From the IMG/VR virus record IMGVR_UViG_3300045988_115899, positions 1 to 45,730 of that record: a stretch of DNA of 45,730 nucleotides; one strand, 5' to 3'. Shown here piece after piece: positions 16,263-26,427 of the stretch. The translations under genes were made by a program, and so were the position numbers. A model generated the notes under the pieces. That model made no database searches. It was not told where the DNA came from and saw only the letters and a list, made by a program, of their open reading frames with translations. Numbering within the stretch: position 1 is the stretch's first letter; each line of letters opens with the position of its first letter. Source of the stretch: a virus.

Positions 16263-19200
16263 TTATCTTCTTATTTTACGTGTTAAATTTTTATATTCCA
16301 CTATCGTGTTGCCCTCTGCATCTTGATAAGTGCGGCGTTCGTTTCGCTCTCTTATGCTTCGTACATTATCTGTCAATTCTGAAAGGTCGGGGGCGTTCTC
16401 ATTAACATTAACCGCCACGCCTTTGCCTGCAAATGTATTTGAGTATTTGTCCTCAAATGTGCCATTATTGAAAGCTCGTATAACGTCGGGTATTACTTTG
16501 CGATAACGTCGTGAATTTCGTTTGTTGATAATAGCGAAAAACTCACCGCCCTCCGCTCGGCGACGTGTGCCGTTGCGCTTACGTCCTAAGTCTATATCGT
16601 TGCCGCTTTGGTGAGAGCCACCCTCCAACAACTCAACTGTACCCTCGCCGTAACTCTCCGTGTCTTGCGCCTTAACCATTTGCGCCGCCTTTATCTTTGA
16701 AAAAGCGAAAGACCCCCACATTAGGGCTATTGCTGGAATTGCAAGTGGGAAACCTAATTGCGACCATATCATCGAGGTGGCTGTTACAAGGTTGCCAACT
16801 TGCTCGACCGCCTGTATTGCCAACTGTTTCTTTTTGGCTTTTTCCTGCTCCTTTAAAGCCTTTTCTTGGTTGCGCTTTGCAAGGTCTAACTCCTTTTGCG
16901 CATACGTAACGTTACTTGCATAACCATTGGCACGAGCTTCACGTTCGCTATCAAGCACCGACTTTGCGCTATCAACTCTACTGTTTGCCCTCTGTACCTC
17001 TGCTTCGGCTGCTGCAACTTCTGCCTCTGTCCACGTGTTTAAAGCGTCCATAGCGTAAGATAGCGAAGTGTCGATAGCTTCTTTTTGTCCGTCGGTAAGT
17101 TCCAAGCCTAACAAGCCGTAAATATCTTTGCTTTGCTCGTCTTTCTTGCTTTGCTCTATCTCTTTGTCTATCCTCTCTATTGTGTTTTTTATCGTCTGAA
17201 CCTCGACATCTGACAACTTCGTACCTGCCACCTTGTTAAGCTCTAATATCTTCTTTAGCCTTTCTTGCTCGGCTTTCATTCGGTAGCGTGTCTTTCGCTC
17301 TTCTGACGTTTGCAACAATAAGAACTCGCTTTCTGCCAATTCCTGCTGCTTTTGGAAGATAAACATTTGCGCCTGCACATACTCATCTGCCAAATCTCGT
17401 TGCTTCGCATTGTATTTAGCGTTAATATCGCTGTCGCTCTGCTGGTTGTCCTTTGTCTTCTCGCTATTGGCTTTCAATGCCTGCTGCCTTTCAAGCTCGA
17501 TTAATTGCGCCTTTAGTTGTCGTTCTTGCTCACTGCCTTTCGCAACAGCTTCCAAGCGCAACTTTATAGCCTCTTCTTGCAACTTCAACATTTCGTCTTG
17601 GTGCTTACGCTCGAGTTCTGCCAATACTTGCGCTTTGCGCTCTTCAAGGCTAACGATAGTATTTTGCATATCGGTGCGCTGCTGCACGTTGGTAGTTTTC
17701 AATATTTGCAAAGCGTGTTTCAAATCTTCCACCTGCCTATCATATTGATATTGTGTGCGCTTACGCTGTTTTTCGTAACCCTCCTCCATTAGCTCGAGTT
17801 CTGCGTCTTCTGCTTTACGCTTTGCCTCTAAAGCTGCTTTGTATGCTGCCTCTGCCGCACGTGCCGCCTTTTCTGCCTCTTTCTGTGGGTCTTTTTTCTT
17901 CTCTTTCTTTCCTTTCTTCTTTTTCTTTTTCTTCTTCTTATCGTCCTCGATAATATCAGTATTCGTTATCGTCTTTTCGGGTGCAACATCAACTCTACCA
18001 GCGTGCGTGCCCTGTGGCAATGCAAACAATTCCAAGTGGTCGCTCTTTGTCTTTTGTACACCCTCCATAAATGCGTCTGCAAAATTCACGCCCATTTTAT
18101 AAGCGTCTTTGCCCACCTCTTTTCCAAAGCCTACAAAAGTTTTCAAAGCACCTCCAAACGCCGTTTTGAACGTGTTTACAATGCCATTCTTTATACCCTC
18201 AACGCCTTTCTTTATTTTGTCAAAATCAAAGGTGAAAACACCCTTTATCGCTTCGCCAAAGCCAGACAATATGCCTGCAACAGATTTAAAGGCTACCGTT
18301 ATCGTCTTAACGATAGTTTCAAATAGGTTTCCCAACATCTTCACGGCGTCTATTGCAAAGTTTACCGCAAATTTGAAAAGCTCTATATTTGTACGCACCA
18401 ACATTATAAGTGCCTGTACCATAGCTCGCACGGGTATCATTGTATTATAAAGTCGGACAAACCAATTTGCCACGTCGATAACACCCTTTATTATCGCCGT
18501 TAGCCATTTAGTGCCAATTAATTTCATTTGGTCAATCATACCCTCAAACCCGTTGTCTGTCATATCAAACAACGCACTCATTGCGTCGTTAAGCTCTGCC
18601 GACGCTTTTATTTGCGCCTGTTGAGCTTCGCCCCACTCGCCCGTTTGTTTCTTGACCTCGTCAATGCTCGTACTCATCGTATCAAGCTGCTCTATTAGCT
18701 GTATTCCCGCCTCTGCTCCATTACGTCCGAAAACGTCTTTAAGAACTAAACCTACCTGCTGGCTATCTGCACCAAATTCTTTCATCTTGGTGCTTACCTC
18801 CTGTATAACGTCGAAAGTGTTACGTGCTCCCGTTGTCAAGTCTTTTTGTACCTGCTTTACGTCAATACCAATGTGCCCTAACGCCTCTTTGGTCTTATCG
18901 CTCATTTCACGTATTTTCTTTGAAGCCATTGTAATGACTTCAAGCCCTTTATCGCTAAAGATACCACTACGTGTTTGCTGTAAGATAGCCACCATTTCAG
19001 ACGCTCCTATGCCCGCATCGTGGAAAGTTGGGGCGTAATGCTTTATCTTCTCCAACATATCGCCCGAAAGGTCTGCACCGCTCGCAAACCCGTCCTCCAC
19101 GACCTTTAATGCTTCACGTGCCGACATACCATAATTAGCCATAAGGCTGTCTACGCTCTCAAGCGTTTCCTTGTAGTCGTGCCCCATAACGTCGGCGCAA

Positions 19201-20120
19201 GCCTGTATCTCATTACGCACGGAAACAAGCTCATCACCTGTCAAGCCCGTAAATTCGTGCGTTAGGCGTGTAGCTTCCATTAGTCCTGCGTTATAGTCGT
19301 ACCACCATTTGAAAGCCAACCCTACGCCCGCTATGCCTGCGATAGCCAAAAAGACGGGATTGGTAAGCATTGACAGTAACGATGTACCTAAAGCCTTTAC
19401 ACCGTCGCCCATTGCAGATAACGCCGCCTTTGCGCCGCCTCCATTCTGCACCAAATTTACAAGACTTTGTCCGAACTTGTTGTTAAGCCCCAACAAATCT
19501 AATACCTTTGTTTTGTAGTCGCTTATACTCTCATTTAGGTCTTTTAGACTATTTCCCAACTCCTTGCCAAAATCGCCATAGTTACCCACGTTCAAAGAGT
19601 GTTTGCCCGTTGCCTCTTGCAAACGCTTCATTTCCTCATAAATGGCTTTCGTTTGCGCAACTAACTTTTTACCCTCTTCGGTGTTTTCTCGCTCTGCCGC
19701 TGTCATTCCATTTAGTGTTATCTTGTTAATGGAATATTGCGCCGAAAGCTTATTATAACTACCCTCTTGTGCTAAATTCAACTTAACGTTTAATTTGTTA
19801 AGCATATTCGCCTCACGGGTTACATCTTTAAGACGTGCCAACTTTTCGCCATTCTCACTAACGGCAAATGCAAGCTCTTTTTCTGCTCGTGCCAACTTTT
19901 CTGCATCGTCAGCCGCTTTGCGTGTCGCCTGCCGTCCTGCCTCTGTTGCTCCACTTACGCCTTTTATGCTTTCCGTCAGTTGAATAGCCTGCGACTTGAT
20001 GTTTTTCAACGTAAACGAGTATGTGTCGTTCAACTCGTCCAACTGCTTTATAAGTTCAGTTATCGAATTATCGGGGCTAACTAAATCGCTGTAATGTATA
20101 GGGTTCGTATCTGCTGCCAT
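16263..20120 (-). CDS. Tail tape measure protein (1285 aa)
   Basis: Very long ORF with coiled-coil/charged repeats, hydrophobic segments (FLAIAGIAGVGLAFKWW, AIPAIALMWGSFAF) and a poly-Lys tract, upstream of the tail-tip genes. Confidence 0.85.
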   Translation of the reverse strand: MAADTNPIHYSDLVSPDNSITELIKQLDELNDTYSFTLKNIKSQAIQLTESIKGVSGATEAGRQATRKAADDAEKLARAEKELAFAVSENGEKLARLKDVTREANMLNKLNVKLNLAQEGSYNKLSAQYSINKITLNGMTAAERENTEEGKKLVAQTKAIYEEMKRLQEATGKHSLNVGNYGDFGKELGNSLKDLNESISDYKTKVLDLLGLNNKFGQSLVNLVQNGGGAKAALSAMGDGVKALGTSLLSMLTNPVFLAIAGIAGVGLAFKWWYDYNAGLMEATRLTHEFTGLTGDELVSVRNEIQACADVMGHDYKETLESVDSLMANYGMSAREALKVVEDGFASGADLSGDMLEKIKHYAPTFHDAGIGASEMVAILQQTRSGIFSDKGLEVITMASKKIREMSDKTKEALGHIGIDVKQVQKDLTTGARNTFDVIQEVSTKMKEFGADSQQVGLVLKDVFGRNGAEAGIQLIEQLDTMSTSIDEVKKQTGEWGEAQQAQIKASAELNDAMSALFDMTDNGFEGMIDQMKLIGTKWLTAIIKGVIDVANWFVRLYNTMIPVRAMVQALIMLVRTNIELFKFAVNFAIDAVKMLGNLFETIVKTITVAFKSVAGILSGFGEAIKGVFTFDFDKIKKGVEGIKNGIVNTFKTAFGGALKTFVGFGKEVGKDAYKMGVNFADAFMEGVQKTKSDHLELFALPQGTHAGRVDVAPEKTITNTDIIEDDKKKKKKKKKGKKEKKKDPQKEAEKAARAAEAAYKAALEAKRKAEDAELELMEEGYEKQRKRTQYQYDRQVEDLKHALQILKTTNVQQRTDMQNTIVSLEERKAQVLAELERKHQDEMLKLQEEAIKLRLEAVAKGSEQERQLKAQLIELERQQALKANSEKTKDNQQSDSDINAKYNAKQRDLADEYVQAQMFIFQKQQELAESEFLLLQTSEERKTRYRMKAEQERLKKILELNKVAGTKLSDVEVQTIKNTIERIDKEIEQSKKDEQSKDIYGLLGLELTDGQKEAIDTSLSYAMDALNTWTEAEVAAAEAEVQRANSRVDSAKSVLDSEREARANGYASNVTYAQKELDLAKRNQEKALKEQEKAKKKQLAIQAVEQVGNLVTATSMIWSQLGFPLAIPAIALMWGSFAFSKIKAAQMVKAQDTESYGEGTVELLEGGSHQSGNDIDLGRKRNGTRRRAEGGEFFAIINKRNSRRYRKVIPDVIRAFNNGTFEDKYSNTFAGKGVAVNVNENAPDLSELTDNVRSIRERNERRTYQDAEGNTIVEYKNLTRKIRR

Positions 20121-20212
20121 ATTTTTATACTTTATTTTGCGCCTAACGGCTTTATTTTGTTTTTACGTGTACTTTATCGCAAAACGAAAGAAAACGCAAC
20201 ACGGGGCAAAAT

Positions 20213-20983
20213 TTACCCCTTTGTGGCTTTCTTTTGTCTGTTTACTTCTTCCTCCATATACTCATAAGCTTGGAAAAACTCTAAAACTGTATAGTTTTTC
20301 GGGTTCAAATTCAAGTGTTTGCTTAAGATGATGCACATATTTTCAAACTGTTTATCATACTTTATCTCAACACTATCTTTTCCCTCGTAACATTTAGGCT
20401 TAATGTATGTTATCAACTCGCCCGTTATTCTGTCTATTTCCTGCTTCCTTTCCTCATTTATTCCGTCCTCGATAATTTCTTTCAGCACTAACAAGGTACG
20501 CCTTTTCAATTGGTCGTGGTACTCCTTTGCTTCGGCGTTGTCAAATGAGCGGGGAAAATACACTTGCAAGTCTTCATCTATTTTTTTTTTGACAGCTTCA
20601 AGTTGAGCTGTCAATTCTTTGTGGCTTACATCGCCTATTCTATCTAACAACGCCTTTAAAGCGTCATCGGATATATCGTTACACTCTTTGCCGTCTACAC
20701 TCGCAACAAGGCAAGCGAAAGCGAGGTATTTAGGGCTTAATTCCGACTGCACGGCGTACAAGTTGTGCCGCATATTCATTAGCTCCTGCCCTGCCGCCTC
20801 TTTATCGCCTTTCTGAATAAAGCGCACCACCTTTTCGATATGTGCGTCGAAGTCGGCAACATCAGACCCAACGCCTGCGTCTATAAGCAACATCTTGTTG
20901 TACTTATGGAAACGTTTTATAGGAAGTTCGGCTATATCGTCGAACACCTGCAATTTATGCTTACCTAATCTAATTTCTTTCAT
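20213..20983 (-). CDS. Tail assembly chaperone-position protein (256 aa) containing an A10 slippery run
   Basis: Lies immediately upstream of the tape measure. The run aaaaaaaaaa at 20581..20590 (minus strand) encodes KKK-I. Confidence 0.5.
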   Translation of the reverse strand: MKEIRLGKHKLQVFDDIAELPIKRFHKYNKMLLIDAGVGSDVADFDAHIEKVVRFIQKGDKEAAGQELMNMRHNLYAVQSELSPKYLAFACLVASVDGKECNDISDDALKALLDRIGDVSHKELTAQLEAVKKKIDEDLQVYFPRSFDNAEAKEYHDQLKRRTLLVLKEIIEDGINEERKQEIDRITGELITYIKPKCYEGKDSVEIKYDKQFENMCIILSKHLNLNPKNYTVLEFFQAYEYMEEEVNRQKKATKG

Positions 20984-21237
20984 ACCAAATTACGTGTTAT
21001 TGTTGTAGAAAAGAAAGGCGCAAGCAGCAAGTAATAATTACCTGTTAAAACACTTGCGCCTATCGCCAACGAAAGGCACACCCACCAACTCATACAAAAG
21101 TCGCAATGTGCCATTTGAGAAAAGAAGTTGTTGCCGTGTATTTGTAACCACTCAACCACCCCCCACTTGTACAGTAGCGTGAGAATAAAGGCTGCAAAGC
21201 AAGCCAACAAGGTGGTAAATATTATGAAGTCTATCAT
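20980..21237 (-). CDS. Small two-TM membrane protein (85 aa), DUF1360-like
   Basis: FIIFTTLLACFAAFILTLL and WWVCLSLAIGASVL helices flank a CDFCMSWW motif. ATGA overlap with the downstream gene. Confidence 0.55.
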   Translation of the reverse strand: MIDFIIFTTLLACFAAFILTLLYKWGVVEWLQIHGNNFFSQMAHCDFCMSWWVCLSLAIGASVLTGNYYLLLAPFFSTTITRNLV

Positions 21238-21290
21238 TTGCGTATATTTTTAATCTATTTTTGCGTATATTTTTTATTACTTTCTGTGCG

Positions 21291-21890
21291 TTACTCGTAG
21301 CAAGGTTCTTTATAGCTCAATTCTCCCTCGATACGGCACGCCCAGTATGGGTGCATAAGGTATTGGTTGGTGCTCTCGTCAAGCGTATAGCCTTTGTAGA
21401 CGTTTTCCGACTGTTCATAAATAGCGTTGAACGTATAACGGCAAGCGGGGTGCAAAAAGCCACCGTTAAGCTCTCGCAAAAGGTCTTGCTTCAATGCTTC
21501 GGTGTTGCGATTGGCAACATCATCGTAAACCTTTCGCAAGTCTACCCACACGATAAGGGCAAACGGCGTCTTTATCCTGTTTTCTATCCCTCTGTTGAAA
21601 GGTGCTATCCTGTGAGGCTCACCAATAGAGAAAAAGGCAAAATTCCCTATCTTGCTGTCGGGCGACACGCAAATGTAGTCGTTGTGGTTATTCCCTTTGG
21701 CGTACTCTGTGCCTCCTGCATATACGTGGGGTTCTTTGTACGTTTTCCCATTAACGACACGTGTCAGACGTTGTGCACGTCCAAACACCACATCAAGCCA
21801 ACCTATCGTGCCCGCTAAACCTTTTTGAATATCGCCTATTGCTTTATCCAACAAAACGGCGTTTTTTATTATCGGTGCTGTTGTTTTCAT
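21291..21890 (-). CDS. Virion structural-module protein (199 aa)
   Basis: Position between the capsid and tail genes. Function unresolved. Confidence 0.6.
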   Translation of the reverse strand: MKTTAPIIKNAVLLDKAIGDIQKGLAGTIGWLDVVFGRAQRLTRVVNGKTYKEPHVYAGGTEYAKGNNHNDYICVSPDSKIGNFAFFSIGEPHRIAPFNRGIENRIKTPFALIVWVDLRKVYDDVANRNTEALKQDLLRELNGGFLHPACRYTFNAIYEQSENVYKGYTLDESTNQYLMHPYWACRIEGELSYKEPCYE

Positions 21891-22342
21891 TTGTTCAGTG
21901 TTTGTTTTATTTTCTCCATTATTGCTGGGTATATGTACTCGTGGATAAGTTCTGCTTTGTGCTCGTCGTTTAAGCCCATTATTTCCGTGCCGTACTTCTG
22001 TACAAGCTCTTCTGCCTTAAAATCGGACGCTTTAATTGTGAAACTCTCGTTTCCAACCTCGACAAAAAATGAACTTTGGAACTCGCCCTCGTCCCTCAAA
22101 GTTACTCTATCGGTTGGCTGTCCTTTAAGTTCTTTTATCTGTATGGTTACGGGGCTATATGGGCGATAGTCGGCGATAGATACGCCCAAAGCGTTTTCGC
22201 CGCTATCGTAAAGCTGTTCTTGTGCGTTGGCGTCTATTATGAATGCTTCGTTGTCCAAAATAATTTGTGCAACGTAAGCTCCATTTGTCAGCTGCTCGTT
22301 TATTATACGCACCTTATCTGCTAAAGCTCCTATTATACCCAT
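21887..22342 (-). CDS. Virion structural-module protein (151 aa)
   Basis: Overlapping start/stop with both neighbours. Function unresolved. Confidence 0.6.
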   Translation of the reverse strand: MGIIGALADKVRIINEQLTNGAYVAQIILDNEAFIIDANAQEQLYDSGENALGVSIADYRPYSPVTIQIKELKGQPTDRVTLRDEGEFQSSFFVEVGNESFTIKASDFKAEELVQKYGTEIMGLNDEHKAELIHEYIYPAIMEKIKQTLNK

Positions 22343-23695
22343 TTACACCGTGCCATATCTTACGCCGTGATTGTTGCAGCGCAAACAAATACGGTCGATT
22401 TTCTGTGTGTTCAGTCGCAACGCTTTGTACGCCTGCTTTAGCTCATATCCTAAGCCGTTAGGACGTACGCCGTTAGTGTTGCCGTCAAGCTCGTATAGTA
22501 TATCCATACGGCTAACGTTTGATTGATTGCGATTAACTCGTGCTTCGGGGTTGAGTGCCATTGTACGCAAAGCCATTGCCGCTACTTCACGTTGCAAAGC
22601 TGTTGCAAATATGCTTCGTTGCTCTATAATGAAGTCTGTTATATCGCAACTAACGGACAACTCGACGTTAAGCCCGTAATTGTGCGTGCTCTCGTAAAGC
22701 AAGCCGCCATTGTCAAAAAGCATTGGTTGTTCGCTCCACTCTTTTTCAACTCGTGTACGGAAAGGGCTTATCTGTATGTACTTTGTAAGCTCACGCCACG
22801 CCTTAATACTGCCAATGTTGCAAGTGCCACAAGGCTCTCTGCTCCAATCTTTCGATACGTTGATAGCCTCCATACCTAAAGGCAAGGCGTTTTGATTGTA
22901 GCCTATGTACCAAGCACCACCGCTGTTTGTGTCCTCGCCCGTATATGGCAAATACCATTCGTTAGGCGTTACCCACACAAACGAGCCATTGTCCTTTTTT
23001 ATTTCCACGTCCGTGTAGGCGATAGGCTCGACCTTTGAGCTATGGAACAAGTAAAGGCGCACCGTACCCGTTGCACCTATCATCTGTAAGCCTATACGCT
23101 CTATCTTCGCCGTTACACCCATACTGCGCACTGGCACTATTTCCATACCGACAAACGACTTTTGATTATCTATCGTGTTGCGAATACGCCCTGCACCGTC
23201 AAAAAAGGTTACACGGTCTAAAAGCGTTTTTGTTTCGGCGGCAAGTTCTTTTGTCTGCACGAATGTTTGTACCATTCGCCTAATGCCTGCACGTGTCAAA
23301 TTTTCCAAGTAGGCGTTGATAATATCATAGCCCGCCCACGCCTTATCTTCTGTGCCAAAATCTTCGACGAAATAGTCATCGTTGAAATCGCTTGCGTTAA
23401 TATCGGGTGGCGTGTTGGTGTTATTTCTCAATGCTACATATACACGGTTGCCAAAGCGTACCCTTTGCCCTTTCTCGTACTTTTTAAATTCGTTCCATTC
23501 GGGGTAATGGAAAAGGAAATCTTCGGGAATTATCGCCCGTATGTTTTCAAGCGTCAAAAGTGGGTGCGCATCTTGAAAGAGCAACCCACTTTCGCTGTTT
23601 GTCAATTTTTTATTTATAGCTTTTTCGGGGTTGTAATCTTGTTGCCAACCAACCAAATTTAAAAGCCTTTCTTCTATTTGCGCTAATCTGTACAT
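22343..23695 (-). CDS. Virion structural-module protein (450 aa)
   Basis: Large ORF directly after the capsid gene and its hairpin. Function unresolved. Confidence 0.65.
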   Translation of the reverse strand: MYRLAQIEERLLNLVGWQQDYNPEKAINKKLTNSESGLLFQDAHPLLTLENIRAIIPEDFLFHYPEWNEFKKYEKGQRVRFGNRVYVALRNNTNTPPDINASDFNDDYFVEDFGTEDKAWAGYDIINAYLENLTRAGIRRMVQTFVQTKELAAETKTLLDRVTFFDGAGRIRNTIDNQKSFVGMEIVPVRSMGVTAKIERIGLQMIGATGTVRLYLFHSSKVEPIAYTDVEIKKDNGSFVWVTPNEWYLPYTGEDTNSGGAWYIGYNQNALPLGMEAINVSKDWSREPCGTCNIGSIKAWRELTKYIQISPFRTRVEKEWSEQPMLFDNGGLLYESTHNYGLNVELSVSCDITDFIIEQRSIFATALQREVAAMALRTMALNPEARVNRNQSNVSRMDILYELDGNTNGVRPNGLGYELKQAYKALRLNTQKIDRICLRCNNHGVRYGTV

Positions 23696-23708
23696 TGACT
23701 TAAAAATA

Positions 23709-23737
23709 AAGGGGGCAAGGGCAAGCCCTACCCCCTT
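23709..23737 (-). terminator. Strong hairpin after the major capsid gene (partial terminator / RNA stabiliser)
   Basis: Minus strand aaggggg-[tagggcttgcccttg]-ccccctt followed by tatttttaag, then ATG 23695. Confidence 0.5.
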
Positions 23738-23770
23738 GTTGGAACATAGTAAAACTTTCTCTCTTACCCT

Positions 23771-24880
23771 TTATGCGTTTTTGGTATGCACTGGGTTTGC
23801 TGGGGTGTTGGTAATAACGACTGGACGTGCATTTGCCATACCGTTTGCGTTCTCGACTTGGAACTTAATAACAGGGTTGGCAATAGTGCTTGGTGCGCTA
23901 TTGTAAGCTGTTATAAAGCAAACATCGACGCTAAAGCCGTAGTACTCCTTAATGGCACAATTCAAGTCCTTTGTTGCATCGCCAGCAATGCCGCTTTGGT
24001 CGCCAACGCTCGTGTAGTAGTGTGCGCCTACTGGTAGGTCCAGCATTGGCAAACGTACTACGTCCCATTCGTGCCCATTCGCACTTGCGCCACGCAACGC
24101 CTCACGGTCTACACGTGTAACGATAGCACAGTTACCGTCCTCAACGACAAAGCCAGTTGCGAACTTGCCGCTTTCGTTCTTGACAGCTCCTGAATAGTGC
24201 AAGATTTTACCCTCGTACTCCAAGCGTTTGTTTTGCTCGTTGTACACGCCCATTTGTGCCAAATGGCGCACGTGTGCGTCCAAGCCACTGTTACCGATAA
24301 CGTGAAGTTCACGGAAGTATTTGTTTGCACGCATCATTGGTGCGCTGTCGCCCAAAATGCTATCACGCATTAGCCACGGCACGTTTACTACGTTACCCGT
24401 CTGCGTGTAGTACAGCAAGTTGTCAAATACTTGTGTTTTGTTAGCCTCGAGGGCTGCCACCGCATAACCGTCCAATTTTTCAAGCAAAGCACGTGTATGT
24501 GTTGCCATTTTACGGTTGAAGTCCCTTTGATAGCCTATTTCGTTGTTCATATAGGCTGACGGTACCATAGTGAAGCCTGTCGCCAACGTTACCCAAGTAA
24601 GCGTATATAGCTTAGATGTGTTTTCTGCGTCAGCAATTACACAACTACGCTCGTTTGCTACTGTTACGCCTCCGTTGTAATCAAGTACTGGCACCTGTAC
24701 GTCTGTACCCATACTCTGAAAGGCTTTAGCCTGTAACTCGGGGGAAATAATCGAGTTCGGGGACTTTGTCTGACTTGCAAAGAAGTCAAGCGCACCATAC
24801 TCGCCCATTCTCACCATATTACGGTCAAATGTAGGGTCGCTTACTCGCCAGTCTTGAACTCGTGTTAAAACTAAACTCAT
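23771..24880 (-). CDS. Major capsid protein (369 aa)
   Basis: Synteny (portal, scaffold-like coiled-coil gene, this ORF, strong hairpin) and size. No motif check was possible. Confidence 0.6.
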   Translation of the reverse strand: MSLVLTRVQDWRVSDPTFDRNMVRMGEYGALDFFASQTKSPNSIISPELQAKAFQSMGTDVQVPVLDYNGGVTVANERSCVIADAENTSKLYTLTWVTLATGFTMVPSAYMNNEIGYQRDFNRKMATHTRALLEKLDGYAVAALEANKTQVFDNLLYYTQTGNVVNVPWLMRDSILGDSAPMMRANKYFRELHVIGNSGLDAHVRHLAQMGVYNEQNKRLEYEGKILHYSGAVKNESGKFATGFVVEDGNCAIVTRVDREALRGASANGHEWDVVRLPMLDLPVGAHYYTSVGDQSGIAGDATKDLNCAIKEYYGFSVDVCFITAYNSAPSTIANPVIKFQVENANGMANARPVVITNTPANPVHTKNA

Positions 24881-24936
24881 AACTTAAAAATTTTTATTGT
24901 TAATTGATAATGGGCTAACCCTTTGCCCGTTGTTAC

Positions 24937-25893
24937 TTACTGCAAGGGTAAATCGTTATAACCCTCGTTTGTCTTGTAAATCTCTTGCAATGCTGTGTCG
25001 AATTCATCAGTACCACGCATCAAGCCTTTTTCCAACAGCGTCTTTGTGGCAATGTCGGTAAACTCTTTGCGTGTGCGTGCTGCCGATAAGTCGATAGTTA
25101 CACCACCACCGTTGCCGCCGCTTCTACCTGCTGGGGGAACAGTACCGCCACCGCCTTGCGCCTTTGGTGCTAATACGCCCATTTCGTTAAGCTGCTTCTC
25201 GACGAGTTCAGCCGCTGTGTAAGGCTTCAAGTTGGTAGCTTCGTTTCTCATCACAGAGCCGTCCTCGTTGTGGAATGCCAACACCTTGCCATTGTTGCCG
25301 TTGTCGATGTACTTAGGCGCAAAGCCTTTGACCTTATCCAACGCCTGCTGCATAAGCACACGAGCCGCCGCTTCGGGTATTTCCGCCTTTAGCTTCAAGT
25401 TGCCCGTTGCGCCTCTCAAATCGTTGTCAAGCTGCACGCCGAACAATTTTTGCTCGTAGTCGCTCTTTTGCTTTTCGTTGTCCTTTTTGAGTTCGGCGTA
25501 CATCTTCTGCACATTGGCAATTTCTTTGTCCTTTTGCTCTAATTGAGCTTTCAACTCTTCGTTGCCGTTGCCACTCTTTACCAACGCTTCCAAACGCTCT
25601 TTGTCAGCTTTCAACGCCTTTATTTCGTCCTCAAACTTGCTTGCGCCCTCTGTTTGCTTTTTCAGCTCACTTGCGGCACGCTTCAAATAATCGTACGTCT
25701 TTTCGTCGCCATTGCGCTTGATACCTGTCGATGTTTCAATGGTTGCGTCCATTGTACGGTACACTTCACCGAAACGTTTGCCCAACACATCGTTTTCGTC
25801 GTTGGCACTCATTTCAACCAACGCATTTAACTGCTCATCTGTCAATGCTGACAATGCAGCGTTTGCTTTTATAATTTCTTTTGTTAATGCCAT
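24937..25893 (-). CDS. Scaffolding-like protein (318 aa)
   Basis: Alpha-helical, charged, coiled-coil-like sequence with a Gly-rich segment, immediately upstream of the capsid gene. Confidence 0.5.
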   Translation of the reverse strand: MALTKEIIKANAALSALTDEQLNALVEMSANDENDVLGKRFGEVYRTMDATIETSTGIKRNGDEKTYDYLKRAASELKKQTEGASKFEDEIKALKADKERLEALVKSGNGNEELKAQLEQKDKEIANVQKMYAELKKDNEKQKSDYEQKLFGVQLDNDLRGATGNLKLKAEIPEAAARVLMQQALDKVKGFAPKYIDNGNNGKVLAFHNEDGSVMRNEATNLKPYTAAELVEKQLNEMGVLAPKAQGGGGTVPPAGRSGGNGGGVTIDLSAARTRKEFTDIATKTLLEKGLMRGTDEFDTALQEIYKTNEGYNDLPLQ

Positions 25894-25932
25894 ATTAACT
25901 AACCCTTTGTTAAATGTTATACTTCGTTGTTT

Positions 25933-26427
25933 TTACTTCTTAGGCTTCTCTTGCTTTTCGGGCTTTTCTTGCTCCTCGCCTTTTCCCTGCTTTGCAAGCT
26001 CTTCCGCTACCGCCTTTTTGATAGCTTCTTCTTTTTCGGCTTCAAGTGCTTTGCGTTGTTCCTCGAGTTCTTGTTCGTGTTGCTTGCGCTGCTCTTCCAA
26101 CGCCTGCTCTACTCTCTTTGCCTCTGCTTCCTCTTGTGCTTGTGCCTGCGCCTGTGCTTCTGCTTCCTGCTTGTTCTTTAGGTACTGTGTGGGGTCGTAA
26201 ACGACACGTACCTTGTAGCCCAAATGCCGCAACTGGCTTAACGACGTTTCAAAAGCAACGACACCGAATTTTTGTAACATTGGCGTTGATTTCTTTGCGC
26301 CAGTGCTTCGGTCGTACTCTTCCACTTCTAACACAACGTGGTAAATACCCTCTTCGCCTTTCGGTACGTTGTAGTTTTCCTTTGTTACATCATCAAGCGG
26401 GTGCTTGTTGTCTTTGTTTTCGTACAT
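25933..26427 (-). CDS. Hypothetical head-module protein (164 aa) with acidic EAQ-rich tail
   Basis: ORF between portal and scaffold. Low-complexity tail EAEAQAQAQAQEEAEA. Confidence 0.6.
   Translation of the reverse strand: MYENKDNKHPLDDVTKENYNVPKGEEGIYHVVLEVEEYDRSTGAKKSTPMLQKFGVVAFETSLSQLRHLGYKVRVVYDPTQYLKNKQEAEAQAQAQAQEEAEAKRVEQALEEQRKQHEQELEEQRKALEAEKEEAIKKAVAEELAKQGKGEEQEKPEKQEKPKK

Noticed and set aside
21261-21818. 185-aa plus-strand ORF, and all other plus-strand ORFs in the track (for example 25712..26200, 582..1043, 12802..13299).
   Set aside because: Each lies antisense to a longer, tightly packed minus-strand gene. None has a TAnnTTTG promoter or an A-rich leader. Their products are low-complexity, Cys/Phe/Leu-rich shadows typical of antisense frames.
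26095-26170. Short periodic repeats (gcctgtgc/gcttgtgc ...) and the purine-rich run at 17884..17945, considered as possible tandem-repeat or CRISPR-like elements.
   Set aside because: Both lie in frame inside long ORFs and simply encode low-complexity peptide tracts (EAEAQAQAQAQ and KKKKKKKKKGKKEKKK). There is no spacer/repeat architecture.
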